The position numbers and the translations under genes were made by a program. Shown here piece after piece: positions 36,579-49,500 of a stretch of DNA of 64,000 nt (positions are counted from its first letter, which is position 1; each line of letters begins with the position of its first letter). Below the pieces are notes generated by a model. The model saw nothing but the letters and a program-made list of their open reading frames with translations. It made no database searches and had not been told where the DNA came from. The DNA is from Polyangia bacterium (GTDB lineage: Bacteria; Myxococcota_A; Polyangia; JAHFDS01; DATFWX01), in the NCBI GenBank assembly GCA_035258845.1, contig DATFWX010000130.1:17497-81496 (forward strand), read 5' to 3'.

Positions 36579-39149
36579 GTGCGCTCGTGTTACAGTGATC
36601 CAGTGAGCGTGCTTCTGCTGGCCGCCGTGCTGGCGCAGACAACTGCTGATCTGGACGGTGATGGGCGGCCGGACACGGTGCGCGTGCTCGCTGACGGTCG
36701 GGTGCAGGCGGTCTCGGCCACCGACAGCCCGCTCGGCGAGCTCACGCTCGAGACGCAAGGCCACCGGCTTGTCAGCGCTCGGGTCGCGGTGCACCAGATC
36801 CAGGAGCACGCGGTGATCGAGGCGCGCGCCGCCCTGCGCGGCCGGGCCACCGACACTGCGCTGGTGGCCGAGGCGCGGGGGGATGCGCTCTATCTGATCT
36901 GGTCGGGCATTCTGGGCTCACAGGGGCGTGATCGGGAGTGGAGCCGCCATCTGGAGGTCACGACCGAGGCCATCCTGGTATACGAACGCTCCACGCGCAT
37001 CGCGCGCTGCGACGGCCAGCCAACCCGGCTGTTGCCGCGGGCCTGGGACTTCACGACCTACCGCATGCGGCCGGTGGAGCTGCCCCCCGACACGACCGGC
37101 CTGCCGCGACTGGCGCCGCGCCGCCCGGGCGAGCCCGAGCGCCCGGTCGAAGCCAGGCGACCCCTGCGCGTGTTCCGCCCCGCCGCCGGCTCGCGCGATG
37201 AGACCGCACGGACCGCCGGCGAGCTGACCGTACCCGTCGCCATCGGCGACGGCGACCCGCGCACGGCCTGGCGTGGCATCCCGGGCGATTTCGTGACCCT
37301 GCGGGCGGAAGCCCAGACCGAGGTGCGCGGCGTGGCGCTGACCGGCAAGCTCGGAAGGAGCGTGCTCGCGCTGGGTCCCGAGAAGCGCTTTCTGATCGAG
37401 GGCACGGGCTGGTTCGCGCTGCCCGAGTCGGTGCGCACCGACTGCGTCCAGCTCACGGTGGTCGAGGGCGCCAGCGAAATTGCAGACTTGGCCGTGCAGA
37501 CCGAAACCGACCCGCAGAAGCTGGCGGTCGAGGCCGCCGCCGGCTCCGGCATGGCAGCCCGACTGCTTCTGGCCGAAGGCGCGGCCGCGGTGGAGCGTCT
37601 GCGCGCATCCTTCGCGCAGGCGCGGGGCGAGGGCCGTCTGACCGCGCTCGAGGCCCTGGCTGCGGTCGGCTCGCCAGCCGCCCTGCCCGAGCTTGCGGAC
37701 GCGCTGCGGGCCGGCGACGCGCGCGAGCGCGAGATCGCAGCCCGCGGCCTCATCAAGATCGGAGCGCCCGCGGCTCCCGCCACGGCCCAGCTACTTCTGG
37801 ATGCGACCGCACCCGCGGCCGCGCGCGAGCGTGCGGCGGCCGTGCTGGGTGCGCTGCCGAGCCCGGATGCGCTTGCAGCGCTGCTGACGGCGGCGGGAAG
37901 CGGCGATCGCTCGCTGCGCAAAGCGGTGGTCGTGGCAGCCGGGGCGGCGGCCACGCCGAACGGTTACGACGCGCTGGTCGCATTCACGAGCGCGCAGTCG
38001 ACCGGCGCCCAGTCGACCGGCGCGCAGCCGACCGGCGGCCAGTCGACCGGCGCGCAGCCGACCGGCGCCCAATCGACCGGCACACAGTCGACCAGCGCCC
38101 AGCCGACCGGCGCCCAGCCAAGCAACTCGTCGAGCGCGCCCGACATCGCTCGTGCGGCCGACCTGGCACGCATCGTGGGCCTGCTGGCGCGGCGCGATGT
38201 CGCGCTACGCCCGGATGCGGTGCGCGTGCTCGCGGACCGCTTGCCCAAGGCCCAGGTCTTCGAGCTGCGGGTGCGCATCATCCAGGCGCTCGGCGCGACC
38301 GGCGATCCGCAAGCTGCGCGAGCGCTCGCGCAGAGTGCGCATGGCGATTCTGACGAGATCATCCGGTTCGAGGCCGTGCGTGCGCTGGCCGAGCTGCCGG
38401 GCCGGGAGGCGCTGTCGGCGCTCTTCGCTGCCCTCGGAGATGCGGCGCCGCGGGTGCGCGACGCCGCCGCGCTCGGATTGGGCGCGCGCAAGGAACCCTT
38501 TCCACCGGCCTCGCTGGCCCACACACTGCTCAGCGATCGCTGGATGTTCGTGCGGCGCGACGCGGCCGAGGCTCTGGGCGCGCACTGCGGCTCCGAGGCC
38601 ACCCCAGCCCTGCGCACGGCGGCGCGCGCCTCGGACGAGGACGACGACGTACGTCGCGCAGCCCTGGCCGCGCTGGTGCGATGCAAGGACGGGGTTGCGC
38701 CGCGCCTGGCCCTGCAGGTGGCCGCCGGCCCGGCCGAGGACGTGCACTTGCGCGCGGAGGCGTGCGGGCTCGCCAGCGCCACCGGCGACCCGGCCATCCT
38801 GGGCGATCTGACCGGCCTGGTGCGGCGCCTGCGCACGCAGGCAGCCAGCGACGATCGCGCCAGCGGAATTGCGACCGCATGTCTGCGCGCCCTGGGCGGG
38901 CTGGCGGCGGCCCCGCACGCGGGGGGCGCCCGCGCAACCGCGGAAAAGCTCCTGGTCGAGGTGGTGCAGGACGGCGCACATCCGCCGCTGCAGATTGCGG
39001 CTGTCGAGGGGCTCGCGCACTCGTGCGGCGACGCGGCCAAGGCAGCTTTGACCAAGGCGGCGACAACCGAGGCCCCGCTCCTTAGGCGGGCGGCCCGAAG
39101 CGCGCTCGATCGGTGTACGGTCGGCCACGGCTCGCCACCGTCGCACTGA
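36579..39149 (+). CDS. Secreted HEAT-repeat (PBS-lyase-type) protein with an internal (STGAQ)n low-complexity repeat
   Basis: GTG start with a putative signal peptide (VSVLLLAAVLAQTTA). Many HEAT-like repeats (VRRAALAAL, VRFEAVRALAEL...). 856 aa. Confidence 0.7.
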   Translation: MRSCYSDPVSVLLLAAVLAQTTADLDGDGRPDTVRVLADGRVQAVSATDSPLGELTLETQGHRLVSARVAVHQIQEHAVIEARAALRGRATDTALVAEARGDALYLIWSGILGSQGRDREWSRHLEVTTEAILVYERSTRIARCDGQPTRLLPRAWDFTTYRMRPVELPPDTTGLPRLAPRRPGEPERPVEARRPLRVFRPAAGSRDETARTAGELTVPVAIGDGDPRTAWRGIPGDFVTLRAEAQTEVRGVALTGKLGRSVLALGPEKRFLIEGTGWFALPESVRTDCVQLTVVEGASEIADLAVQTETDPQKLAVEAAAGSGMAARLLLAEGAAAVERLRASFAQARGEGRLTALEALAAVGSPAALPELADALRAGDAREREIAARGLIKIGAPAAPATAQLLLDATAPAAARERAAAVLGALPSPDALAALLTAAGSGDRSLRKAVVVAAGAAATPNGYDALVAFTSAQSTGAQSTGAQPTGGQSTGAQPTGAQSTGTQSTSAQPTGAQPSNSSSAPDIARAADLARIVGLLARRDVALRPDAVRVLADRLPKAQVFELRVRIIQALGATGDPQAARALAQSAHGDSDEIIRFEAVRALAELPGREALSALFAALGDAAPRVRDAAALGLGARKEPFPPASLAHTLLSDRWMFVRRDAAEALGAHCGSEATPALRTAARASDEDDDVRRAALAALVRCKDGVAPRLALQVAAGPAEDVHLRAEACGLASATGDPAILGDLTGLVRRLRTQAASDDRASGIATACLRALGGLAAAPHAGGARATAEKLLVEVVQDGAHPPLQIAAVEGLAHSCGDAAKAALTKAATTEAPLLRRAARSALDRCTVGHGSPPSH
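37995..38118. repeat. 15-bp tandem repeat CAGTCGACCGGCGCC x ~8 (in-frame VNTR encoding QSTGA pentapeptides)
   Basis: Near-perfect tandem copies are visible at 37995..38118 inside the HEAT-repeat gene. Confidence 0.85.
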
Positions 39150-39155
39150 GGCCGC

Positions 39156-39911
39156 TCACGCCAGCCCGGCCACGAAGATGGGCTGATAGTAGCCGCTGCG
39201 CTCGGGCGGGATCCACTCGAGCGACGTGAACCCAGCCGCCCGCGCCGCCTGCTCCAGCTCGGCGCGCAAGAGGGCGCGGCAGGTGGTGCGTCGAGTGTGC
39301 CCCTGCCACCCGCCCGGCGCTTCTCGCAGCACGATGTGGTCGAGCTGATAGCTCTTGCCGTCCGGCGCCCACGTCCACACCTGGAGCACCAGGCGCCGCG
39401 CGGGCGCGCTGCCGAGCAAGCGCGGCGGATCGAGCGCCGGCCGGTCCGTTACCAGCGCGTCGTAATCGCGCAGCGACGTCAGAAAGCGGCCGCCCGGACG
39501 CAGCGCCTGTCGAGCGGCGCCCAGCGCGGCGCCAAGCTCGCGGTCGGTGAGCAGATGCACGAGCGCGTTGTCGAAGCCGATCACGGTGCCGTAGCGACCG
39601 GCATCGGCCGCCTGCGCCACTCGCATGTCGGCCACCTCGAATGCGACTGCGACGCCGAGCCGCTCGGCCTGACGCCGCCCCCGCTCGACCAATGCCGGGC
39701 TGAGGTCGCGCGCCCGCACCTTTAGGCCGCGCAGCGCGAGCCCGAGCGCCTGCGTGCCCATGCCGGCCGCCACGTCGAGCACCGGATCGGGCGCCGGCCC
39801 GAGCAATCCTGCGATCAGCTCGCCCTGCCAGCGCATCCCCTTGTCCCAGTCCACGAAGATGGCCTCGTACTCGGGGGCCAGGTCGTCGTAAAAGCGCTGC
39901 GCGTCGGACAT
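39156..39911 (-). CDS. Class I SAM-dependent methyltransferase
   Basis: Motif I LDVAAGMGTQA; 252 aa. The ATG at 39911 was confirmed. Confidence 0.75.
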   Translation of the reverse strand: MSDAQRFYDDLAPEYEAIFVDWDKGMRWQGELIAGLLGPAPDPVLDVAAGMGTQALGLALRGLKVRARDLSPALVERGRRQAERLGVAVAFEVADMRVAQAADAGRYGTVIGFDNALVHLLTDRELGAALGAARQALRPGGRFLTSLRDYDALVTDRPALDPPRLLGSAPARRLVLQVWTWAPDGKSYQLDHIVLREAPGGWQGHTRRTTCRALLRAELEQAARAAGFTSLEWIPPERSGYYQPIFVAGLA

Positions 39912-39924
39912 CGCCGCTGGAAGG

Positions 39925-40593
39925 TCAGGGCACCTTCTCGAAGCAGATGGCACCGGGAAAGTCGCGGCAGCTCGAGGGCCCGCCGAGCGCAGCCGGAATG
40001 ACGAGCGCCGCCGTCAGCGCAACCACCACCGCGGCCCCGGTCGCCCACACGTACCAGTGGTCGTACCACTTGGGCGGCGGCGGCGGCGGCGGGCGGAACG
40101 GATTCTCGGACGCTGGCAGCTCGGTCAGGTTGGCGCGCACATCGATGGTCTGCCCCGCCACCGCTTCCACGCTGGTCAAGAAGTCGTGGTAGCCGCCCTT
40201 GACCACCCGCACCGACCGCTTGCCGGCCGCAAGCTCGGCCACCACGGGCTCGTCGGATACCTCACCCACGAACTTTCCGTCCACGAACACGCGCGCGCCC
40301 AGGATAGATGAGCTCAGGCGCATGATCCCGCTCACCGGAAGAAGGTCCACGTCGACCGGCGTGCGCTTGTGCTCGCGCACCGTCACCACATCCAGATAGT
40401 CGGTGAAGCCGCGCTTGGTGATTTTCACGGTGTGCTGCCCGACCGCGAGCGAGATGGGCCGCGCCATCGGGACCTTGCCCATGAGCCTTCCGTCGACGTA
40501 GATCTCGGCGCCCACGGTTCGCGAGTGCACGGCCAGCTCCCCGCGCGGTCCCGCGAGTAGGGGCAGCCATGCCAGCGCCAGAAGTCCTGTCAA
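39925..40593 (-). CDS. Tandem PEGA-domain protein with a C-terminal TM anchor
   Basis: Two PEGA-like beta modules (AEIYVDGRLMGKVP...; ARVFVDGKFVGEV...), a poly-Pro stretch and a TM. TTG start overlapping the stop of the giant TPR gene as TTGA. Confidence 0.6.
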   Translation of the reverse strand: MTGLLALAWLPLLAGPRGELAVHSRTVGAEIYVDGRLMGKVPMARPISLAVGQHTVKITKRGFTDYLDVVTVREHKRTPVDVDLLPVSGIMRLSSSILGARVFVDGKFVGEVSDEPVVAELAAGKRSVRVVKGGYHDFLTSVEAVAGQTIDVRANLTELPASENPFRPPPPPPPKWYDHWYVWATGAAVVVALTAALVIPAALGGPSSCRDFPGAICFEKVP

Positions 40594-43500
40594 CGCAACT
40601 CCGCCAGTGCCTCCTTGAGTGGCCCGTGATCGGGCTCGAGCTCGAGGCCCCGCTCGTACATATTACGCGCCTTGGGGCCTTCTCCCAACCGTGCGTGGAT
40701 CCGACCCAGCTCGAGGTACACGTCAGCCTTGGTCATCTTGCTGTCCGCGTCCAGGTTCTGCAGCAGCATCGATCGGAACACCTTGCGCGCCTTTTCCCAC
40801 TCGGACTGCTTGATGTACAGGCGCCCTAGCGCCGCCATCGTGGCGCCGTGCGTGGGGTCGATCGCAAATGCGGCCTGAAGGTGCTCGAGCGCCTGCGCCT
40901 CCTGGCCCTGCTGCTCCGCGATGGCGCCCAGCCGGAACTGCCAGCGCGCCGCTTCGCGGCTTCGTTTGCCCTTGAGCCGCTCGATCAGATCGGTATAGAG
41001 GCGACCTGCCTCGGCCACCCGTCCGGCCGAAAAATAGGCGTCGGCCAGGGGCTCGACCACCCGCGCGTCCTCGGGCGCCAGCCGGGCCGCCTGCTCCAGG
41101 TACGGCAGCGCCGCCGCCGGCGCGCCCAGCTGGACGCGCAGAAGCCGCCCCAGCTCGACCAGAAGGTCGCGCTTTTTGGCCGGGTCGGGCTCGGCCTGCT
41201 CGCGCAGCTTGAGAAGGTCGACCACCCGCCGCCAATCGGCCCGTTCGCGCGCGCGCTCGGCCAGCCCGTCCAGCGCCTCCGTGTGGGTGGGGTCGTACTG
41301 GATGGCCTGCGCCCAGTGCTCCTCTGCCAGCGCCGGATCACCCGAGCGCTGGGCCTCCACGCGCCCCATGCGGAAGTGGAGCTCGGCCGCCGGCCGACCG
41401 GTCGCGCCCAACGCGGCCGCCTGCTCCAGCGCCTGCGCGCACTTGTCCCACTCGCCCTGCGTCTCGTAGATGCGTGCGAGCTGCGTGATGGCGGCCACGC
41501 TCCGAGGATCCCGCGCCAGCACCTTTTCCAGAATCTCGGCCGCGCTGTCGCTGTTGCCGATGCGCCGCTCCCACAGATCGGCCAGCGCGAGCAGCTTCTC
41601 GATCTCGCCGGCATGGTCACGCCGCCCGGCCAGTAGCTCGGCGTGCTTGGCCAGAACGTCCGCCAGCTCATACCAGCGCTCCCCGGCCGTGAGCAGCCGC
41701 TCCAGCTCGCAGAGCACCGGCTCGCTCTCGGGCTGCGACTCCAGGGCCTGCGTCCAGAAGCCGATCGCCTCGTCGGCGCTCTCGCGCTTTTCCTCGGCCA
41801 AACGCGCCAGCTTGCCGTAGATGGCCAGCTGCTCGCCGGGCCCGCCAGCGGCCTGCAGCTGCTGCGTGAGCACCTCCTGCACGGCCAACCAGTCCCCGCG
41901 CTGCGTATGCACGGCCTCCAGCGCGGCCAGAACCTCCGCATCACCAGGCCGCGCGTCGAGCGCCGCCCGGTACATGTCGGCCGCGCGATCGGCGTCGCTC
42001 AGCCGCTCGCCGAACACCGCGCCCGCGCGCGCAAGCAGAGCGGCCTGCTGGGCCGGGTCGTCGGCCAGCCGAGCGCTCCGCTCGAGCACGGCCGCCAGCT
42101 CGGCCCACTCGCCCGCCGCCTCCAGCAGACGCGCCAGCTCTCGGCACGCATCCGCGTCGGTCTCGTCGGCATCGAGGGCCGCCCGCCACACCTCCACCGC
42201 CGCCTGACGATCGCGCAGCCGGCCCTCGTAAAGCCCGGCCGCCTCCGCCAGCAGGGCCCGCTTCTTTGACAGGTCCAGCTCGCCGTCCGCGCGCTTCTGC
42301 AGCACCTGGGCCAGCGCGCGCTCGTCGCCGCGCATGCGATAGATGCGCTCGAGCGCCTCCAGCGCATCCGAGTTTTCGGGATCGAGCCCCAGCACCTTGC
42401 GGTAGCGCGCCTCCGCACGCGCGGGGTCGCCGGCCTGGTCCAGCCACAGCGCCCCCGCTGAAAGCCCGAGGTCGCGCGCCGCCTCCCGCGAGCGCTCCTG
42501 GGCCGCGTCGGCCACCGCCTCGATGCGCGCGGCCGCGTCGGCGTGCCGGCCCAGGGCCGCCGCCAGCCGCGCCACCTCTTCGGCGTAGCGCAGCTCGCCC
42601 GGATCCTCGGCCAGCGCGCGCGCGTAGGCATCGAGCGCCGCGGCGGGGTCCTGGAGCTGTTTTTCCTGGATCTCGGCAATGCGCTCCAGCTGCCGCGCCC
42701 GCTCCAGCGGCTCATCCTGGAGCTGCAGCTTGACCTCGAGCACGCGCACCACGTTCTTGGCGTCGGCCCGGGTCTCGAACACCGGCTCCAGGACCTCGAT
42801 GGCCTCCTCACGATAGGTCACGTCGTCGAGGTACTTGGCAATCCCGGAAATGGCCTCGTCGTGGCCCGGCTCGCGATCGAGCACCTGCCGCCAGGCCGCG
42901 ATGGCGCCCTCATGATCGACCAGCCGCTCCACCCGCATCAGGCCCAGCCGGTACAGAAACCCGGCCTGCTCGCCCGGATCCAGGCTCGCCTGCGCCTCCC
43001 GCTCGAGCACTTCCGCCAGCTCATCCCAGCGACCCAGGGTCTCCAGCAGCCGATCGAGCGCCCCCAGAGGCCCGCTCTCTTCGCCCGGGAACTCGAGCGC
43101 GGTCCGCAGCTTCTCGACTGCGCGCGCGGCATCGCCCAGCGCGTCCTCGTAGATGGCCGCCAGCTTGAGCGCCAGCGCGCGCCCGATCTCGGCGTCGTAC
43201 TGGCTCTGCAGCCGATCCTCGTACAGCGCCGCCAGGTCGGCGAACGCACCGCGCCCCGCCGCCAGCCGCTCCAGCTCGCGCTGCGCATCGGCGTCGCCGG
43301 CGTCCTCGGCCAGCGTGCGCCCCCAGGCCGCAAACGCCGCCTGCAGATCGCCCCGGCCAGTCTCGTGCAGCGCGGCCAGATCGGCGAGCAGCTGGCGCCG
43401 CCGCGCCGGATCGGTCTCCGCCTCCAGGCGCAGCTCGTACACCTCGGCCAGCCGATCCCATTCCTTGCGGGCGCGCAGATAGGGCTCGAGCGCGGCCGCC

Positions 43501-46500
43501 GCCACCTCGCGCGTGCCTTCCGCGCGCGTGAGCGCAAACAGGGCATCGCGTGCGCCCGCATGCTCGGGCAGCGTCTCCAGCACCTGTTTGTAGCGGGCCA
43601 GGGCCGCATCGACGTCGCCGGTGTCGTCCTCCAGCACCCGCGCAGCCCGGAACCGGAGCTCCTCGCGCTCGGCCGGCCGCGTTGCCACAGCGATGCGCGC
43701 CTCCAGAACCTCGAGCAGGTCGGCCCACATCTTCTCGGCGTCATAGAGCCGGTCGAGCGCCGCCAGCGCCTCCAGGTCCTCCGGATCCAGCTCGCGCGCC
43801 TGCTTGTAGCAACCGATGGCTTCGTAGCGGTCCTCGATCTGGGTCTCGTAAACGCGAGCCAGCTTGTAGAGCAGCGCGCGTTTTGCCGCGGCGTCGACGC
43901 CGAGCTCGACCTTGCGAGCCAGCACCAGCGCCAGCTGGCGCCACTCGCCGGCCGCTTCGTGCAGGCTCGCCAGCGCCTCCAGCGCCCGCGAGTCCTCGTC
44001 ATCGATGCCCAGCACGCGCTGCCAGATCTCGACCGCGCGCGCGGGCCGCGCCAGGGTCTTCTCCTCCAGCTCGGCCACCCGGTACAGCAGCGTCTTGCGC
44101 AGCACCAGATCGTCGCTGAGGTCACTGCGCCGCTCCATCACGTCGATCAGCTCTTCCCAGCGCCGCTCGCTCTCGAGCAGCTTCTCGAGCGCCCCCAGCG
44201 CCCGCACATCGTCGTCCTTGGCCGCCAGCACGCGCCGCCAGGCCTCGATGGCAGCGGGCAGATTGCGCAGCCGCTCGGCGTACAGCTCGGCCGCGCGGCC
44301 ATGCAGCTGCATCGCCAGCTCGGGATCGTAGGTCGCCTCGGCTGCCTTCTCGAGCACGCCGACCAGATCGCCAAACCGATCCAGCTCGGCGGACAGGCGC
44401 TCGAGCTCGGACAGCGTCCCCTCCGCCCCCGGGTCTTCCGCGAACGCGCGCGCCAGCGCGTCCCAGGCCCGTTTGCGATCGCCGCCCCGGGCCTCGTGCA
44501 GGCGCGCGATCTCGCGCAGGATCTCGACCCGCCGCCCCGAGTCCTCGATGAACTCGAGCTGGGCGTCGTACGCGGCCGCCAGCTTGGCCCACTGGTCGCC
44601 GCCCCGGTAGATCGGCTCCAGGATCTGCGCGATGCGAAAGCGGTGATCTTTGTCCGCGCTCAGCCGTTCGAGCGCAGCCAGCGACTCCTTGTGCGCGGGA
44701 TCGCGCTGCAGGCACTCCTCGTAGGCGTCGATGGCCGACGAGATGTCCTCCAGGTTCTGCTCGAAAATCCCGCCCAGCCGCAACTTGAGCGCCAGGTAGG
44801 CCGCGCCCTCGGCGCGGTCGAGCTGCTGCAGGAGCAGCTCCACCAGATCGTGCCACCGGTTCTCGGCCGACAAGAGCCGATCGAGCGCGCTCTGCGCGGC
44901 CGCATCTTCGGGATCCTGCTCCAGGATGCGCCGCCACGCCGAAATGGCCTGCTCGCGGTCGGAAAGCTCGACCTCGTGCACGCGCGCGCTCTTGACCAGG
45001 AGCTCCTTGCGCACGCCGGCTTCGGTTTCCTTGTCGGCCAGCTGCTCGTACAGGTCGAGCAGATCGCGCCAACGCGCCGCCCGCTGCAGCGAGCGCTCGA
45101 GCGCCTGCACGACGGTCGCATCGCCGGGCGATTGCTCGAGCAGCCTCTCGTAGCACTGGCGCGCGCGCTCGACATCGCCCAGCCGCTCGTCGTAAAGCCC
45201 CGCCAGCGTCCAGCACACGGCCGACCAGGCCGGTCCGGGCTCGAGCGTGTCGTCGAGATAGCTTTGATAGGTTTCGGCCAGATCCTTCCAGCGCTCGAGG
45301 ATGCCGGAAAGACGCACCAATTGATCGCGCGCGCCCCGGTCCTCGGGGCTCTCGCGGAACACCTTGCCGTACCAGCGGAAGGCCTGCTCCAGGTCCTCGA
45401 GCTGCTCCTCGTACAGGCGCGCGATGCGCCGCGTGAGCTGCATCCTCAGCTTGGGCTCCTCGGCCGCCAGCAGGCGGATCTCGTAGATGCGGACCAGCTT
45501 GGGCCAGTCCTGGCGCGCCGCGTACACCGGCTCCAGCACCTCGGCGGCGGCCCCCTGTTGCGCCGGATCCTCGAGGTAGCGCTCGAGCGCCGCGATGCCG
45601 CCCGCATGACCAGGCTCGCCGCCCAGGGTGGCCCGATAGTTCTCGACCGCGCGATCGGGATCGCGCAGCACCCGCTCGTACAGCTCGCCGAGCTGGAAGC
45701 GCAGCCGCACCGCTTCCTCGAGATCCTCGGCGAAGCCGAGCCGCCGCTCCAGAAGGTCGGCCAGGTCGGCCCACCGCTTGGCGCCGCGGTACAGGCTTTC
45801 CAGCGCCGCCAGGGCTTCGCGGTCCGAGGTCGCGATCTCCAGAATCTGCTCGTGCAGCGAGATGGCCTCGCCTTCGCGTTCCAGCTTTTCCTGACAGAGC
45901 GCGGCCGCGCGCGCGAGGTAGTCGCGTTTCTCGTCGAGATCGCGCGAGAGGTCGGCTCGCTTCTGATAAACCTCGAGCAGCGGTTCCCAGTCCTGCGCTT
46001 CCAGATACAGGGCCTCCAGGGCCGCCAGCGCGCGCGGATGATCGGGTGCCGCGTTGAGCACGCGCTGGTAGTACTCGCGCGCCAGCTCCACGTCGCCGAG
46101 CTTTCCGCGGGCCTGATCCGCCACCGCCAGATAGATGCGCTGCTGGGCCTCCGGATCCAGAACGTCACTTCCGACCTCGCGATACAGCTCGACCAGCTCG
46201 GCCTGCCGCCTCCGATCGGCCGCGATGCGCTCGAGCGCATCCAGAATGACCGGCAGATCGCCGCCCGCCAGCGCGCCCTTGGCCGCGCGCGCGTAGGTGT
46301 CGAACGCGCCGTCCGAGTCGCCGAGCTTCTCCTTCAGCTCGGCGGCCGCGCGCAGCCGCTGCACCTTGACCTCCTGGTCCGACACGGTTTCGGCCAGTAG
46401 CTCGTGCAGGGCCACCTGCTTGGCCAGGTCGCCGCGCGCGTGATAGATGGGCTCCAGCACCTCGGCCGCCTTGAGCTTGAGCGCCTCGTCGGCCAGTGCC

Positions 46501-49500
46501 CGCTCCATGCCCGCGATGGCCTTGCCGTCGGCAGGCTCGATCGCCAGGATGTCCTGCCACCTTTCGACCGCCACCTCGAGCCGCCCCAGCTTGTCCTCGG
46601 CCAGCGTGGCCAGCCGATGCATGAGCGCGAGCCGCGCCGGCTGGTCCTCGCAAAGGGTCAGCTCGCGGATCAGCACCTCTCGCAGATCGGCCCAGCGGCC
46701 GGCCGCCTCGTACAGGCGCCCCAGAGCATGCAGGGCCTGCAGGTCGTCGGGCAGCTCGTCCAGGATGGCCAGATAGCTGTCGATGGCCTCGGCGGCCACA
46801 CCCAGCTCGCGCTCCTGGATCTCGGCCATGCGCCAGTACAGGTCGCGCCGTTCGCGCGCCTCGTGCGACAGGTCGACACGCCGCTTGAGGATGCCGAGCT
46901 GGTCACGCCACGAGGAGCCGGACGCATAGAGCCGCTCGAGCGCATCGAGCGCGCTCGCGTCGTCGGCCTCCTGCTCCAGAACCTCGCGGTAGGTCGCCAC
47001 CGCGCCCGCAGCGTCGCCCAGCTTCTGCTCGCGGATCTGCGCCACCCGGAGCAGCAGGTCCTTGCGCGCGGCCGCATCGTCAGCCCAGCCCGCCTGCAGG
47101 AGCAAGATGTCGGTCAGATCGGTCCACGCCTCGGCGCGCTCGTACAGGGCCGCCAGCGCGGCCGCCGCCGGCTGCGCGGTCGTATGGTTTTTTGGATCCA
47201 GATCGAGCAGCCGCCGCCAGGCGCCCTGAGCCCGCGCCGGGTCGTACAGCTTTTCGTCGTAAATCCGGGCGGCGCGCTCCAGGTACTCGGCGCGCAGGGC
47301 CAGGTCGCCGGGCGGCGCCAGCCCGATGGATTCCTCCCACGCCTGCGCGACGTCGTTCCATTTCTCGAGCAGCTTACCCAGCCGCTGCACGTTGTCGCGT
47401 GCGCGCTCGTCGGCCGGATCCATGCGCAGGCCCTCGCGCCAGGTCAGAAACGCGGCCTGACGGGCGGCCAGCTTGTCTTCCTGCAGCTCCGCGATGCGCG
47501 CGGTCAGCTCGCGCGCCTGCACCGGGTTGGCAGCTTCGCGCCGCACCTGCAGAACCACGGCCAGCTTGGCCCACGCTTCGTCGTGCTCGAACAGGGGCTC
47601 CAGGACGCCGGCCACGCGCTGGCGCAGCTCGGCGCGGCCCATCAGCCGCTCGAGCACCTTGCGCGCGCCCTCGTGCCCGGGCGAGGCCGCCAGCACCTCC
47701 TCGAGCAGATCGACCGCACCCGGGAGGTCCTGCAGCTTGGTCGCGTGCAGCTCAGCGCGCTTGAAGCGGAGGGCGGCCGCTTCCTCGGGCGCGCGCGCAT
47801 AAGGCAGCTCGTTCTGCAAGAGCTCATCCAGCTGGCCCCATTTCTCGCCCAGCGCGAGCACGCGCTCGAGCGCCTTGAACGAGCGCGCGTTGCCCGGATC
47901 GAGCTCCAGGACGTGCCGATACATCTCGACCGCGTGCTCCTGGTCCTCGAGCACGCCCTCGTCGAGGTCGCAGATGTCGAACAGGAGCTGCCGGCGCTGG
48001 CCCGGGTCGGCCTCGCGCTGCTGGCGCTCGAACAGCAGGGCCCGCAGATCCTGCCACTTCTCTTCCTGGCGGTAGATGCGGGCCAGCGACTGGAACGCAC
48101 GCTCGCCCGCCTCGCCGGTCGCCGTGCCCGCCACCTTGGCGTAGAACTCGGCCGCCTTGTCGCTGCGGCTGAGGCGGCTGTCGTAGATGTCCGCGATCTC
48201 GGTGAAGATCTCGCGGGCCGTGTCGGGGTCGACCGCGCCCGCCGCCTGCTCGAGGCGTGCGGCCAGATCGTCCCAGCGATCGAGCGCCTCGGCCAGCTGA
48301 CTGAGCATCCGGCGCAGGTCGGCCTCGCCGGGCTGCTTCTCGAGCACCCGCGCTGCGTGGTCATAGGCCTTGGCTCCATCGCCCAGCTTGCGGTAGATAG
48401 AAGCCAGGCGGCGCGACAGCGCCAGTCGCTCGCCGTCCTCGGGCGCGGCCGCGTACAGGATCTCGAGCGCCCGCGCGAGCTTCTGCGGATCGGCCTCGCG
48501 CTCGTAGAGCGGCAGAAGCAGTCGGGCGGCTTCGGCGCGATGCACCTTGTCGTCGAGCAGCCGTTCGATCGCGAGCGCCGAGCTGCGATGCCCCGGCAGC
48601 ACCTGCAGCGCCTGCTTGTAGGCAGCCAGCGCGCGCGCGCGGTCGCCGAGCTGCTGCTCCAGGATCTTGCCCTGATCGGCCCACAGCGCCGCCTTGGTGT
48701 CGTCGGCGTCGGCGAGCGCGAGCTTGTCCTCGAGCACCCCGATGACCTCGGGCCATTCCTGGCGCGCGGTGTGAATGCGCTCGAGCGAGGACAGGATCTT
48801 GCTGGTCTCGCGGGCCGCGCCGGCGGAGCGCGCGGCCAGAAGCGCCTTGCGGTAGGTGGCCGCGGCGGCGGCCAGATCGCCCAGCCGCTCCTCCTCGATG
48901 AACGCGATGCGCGTGAGCAGCTCGAGCTGCTTCTGCGGCTCGCGCTCGGCGTCCGCACGGCGCCTGTAGATCTCACACAGCTCGGGCCACGCCGACTGCT
49001 GCGTGAAGATCTGCTCGAGCGCCGCCGACGCCTCGGGGTCGCTGCCGTCGCGCGCGATGACCTCTTCCCAGTACCTGCGGGCATCGACCGGGCGACCAGT
49101 CTTTTCGCGCGCGATCCGCGCGAGCCGCCGAAACACGACCACCTGCTCGGCCGGGTCGGACATGCCCTCGGCGCGCCGGGCGTACAGCGCCGACAGGTCG
49201 TCCCACGCGCCCGCTTCCTCGGCCAGCCGCTCGAGGTCCTTGACCACGACCGGGTCGTCGGAAGCCAGCTCGTAGGCCTTGGAGCACCATTGGAAGGCCA
49301 GACCCTTGGAGCCCAGCTTCTGCTCGCACAGGAGGCGGATGTCGCGCAGAAGCTCCAGCCGCTCGGGACGCCCTTTTTCGTGGCCCAGCAGGATCTCGTA
49401 GGTGGCCAAAAGGCGCGCCCACTTTTCGGTCGATTGATAGATGGGCACCAGAGCGCGCGCGGCCGAAAGGTTGCCGGGCTCGAGGGCCAGGATGCGCTCG

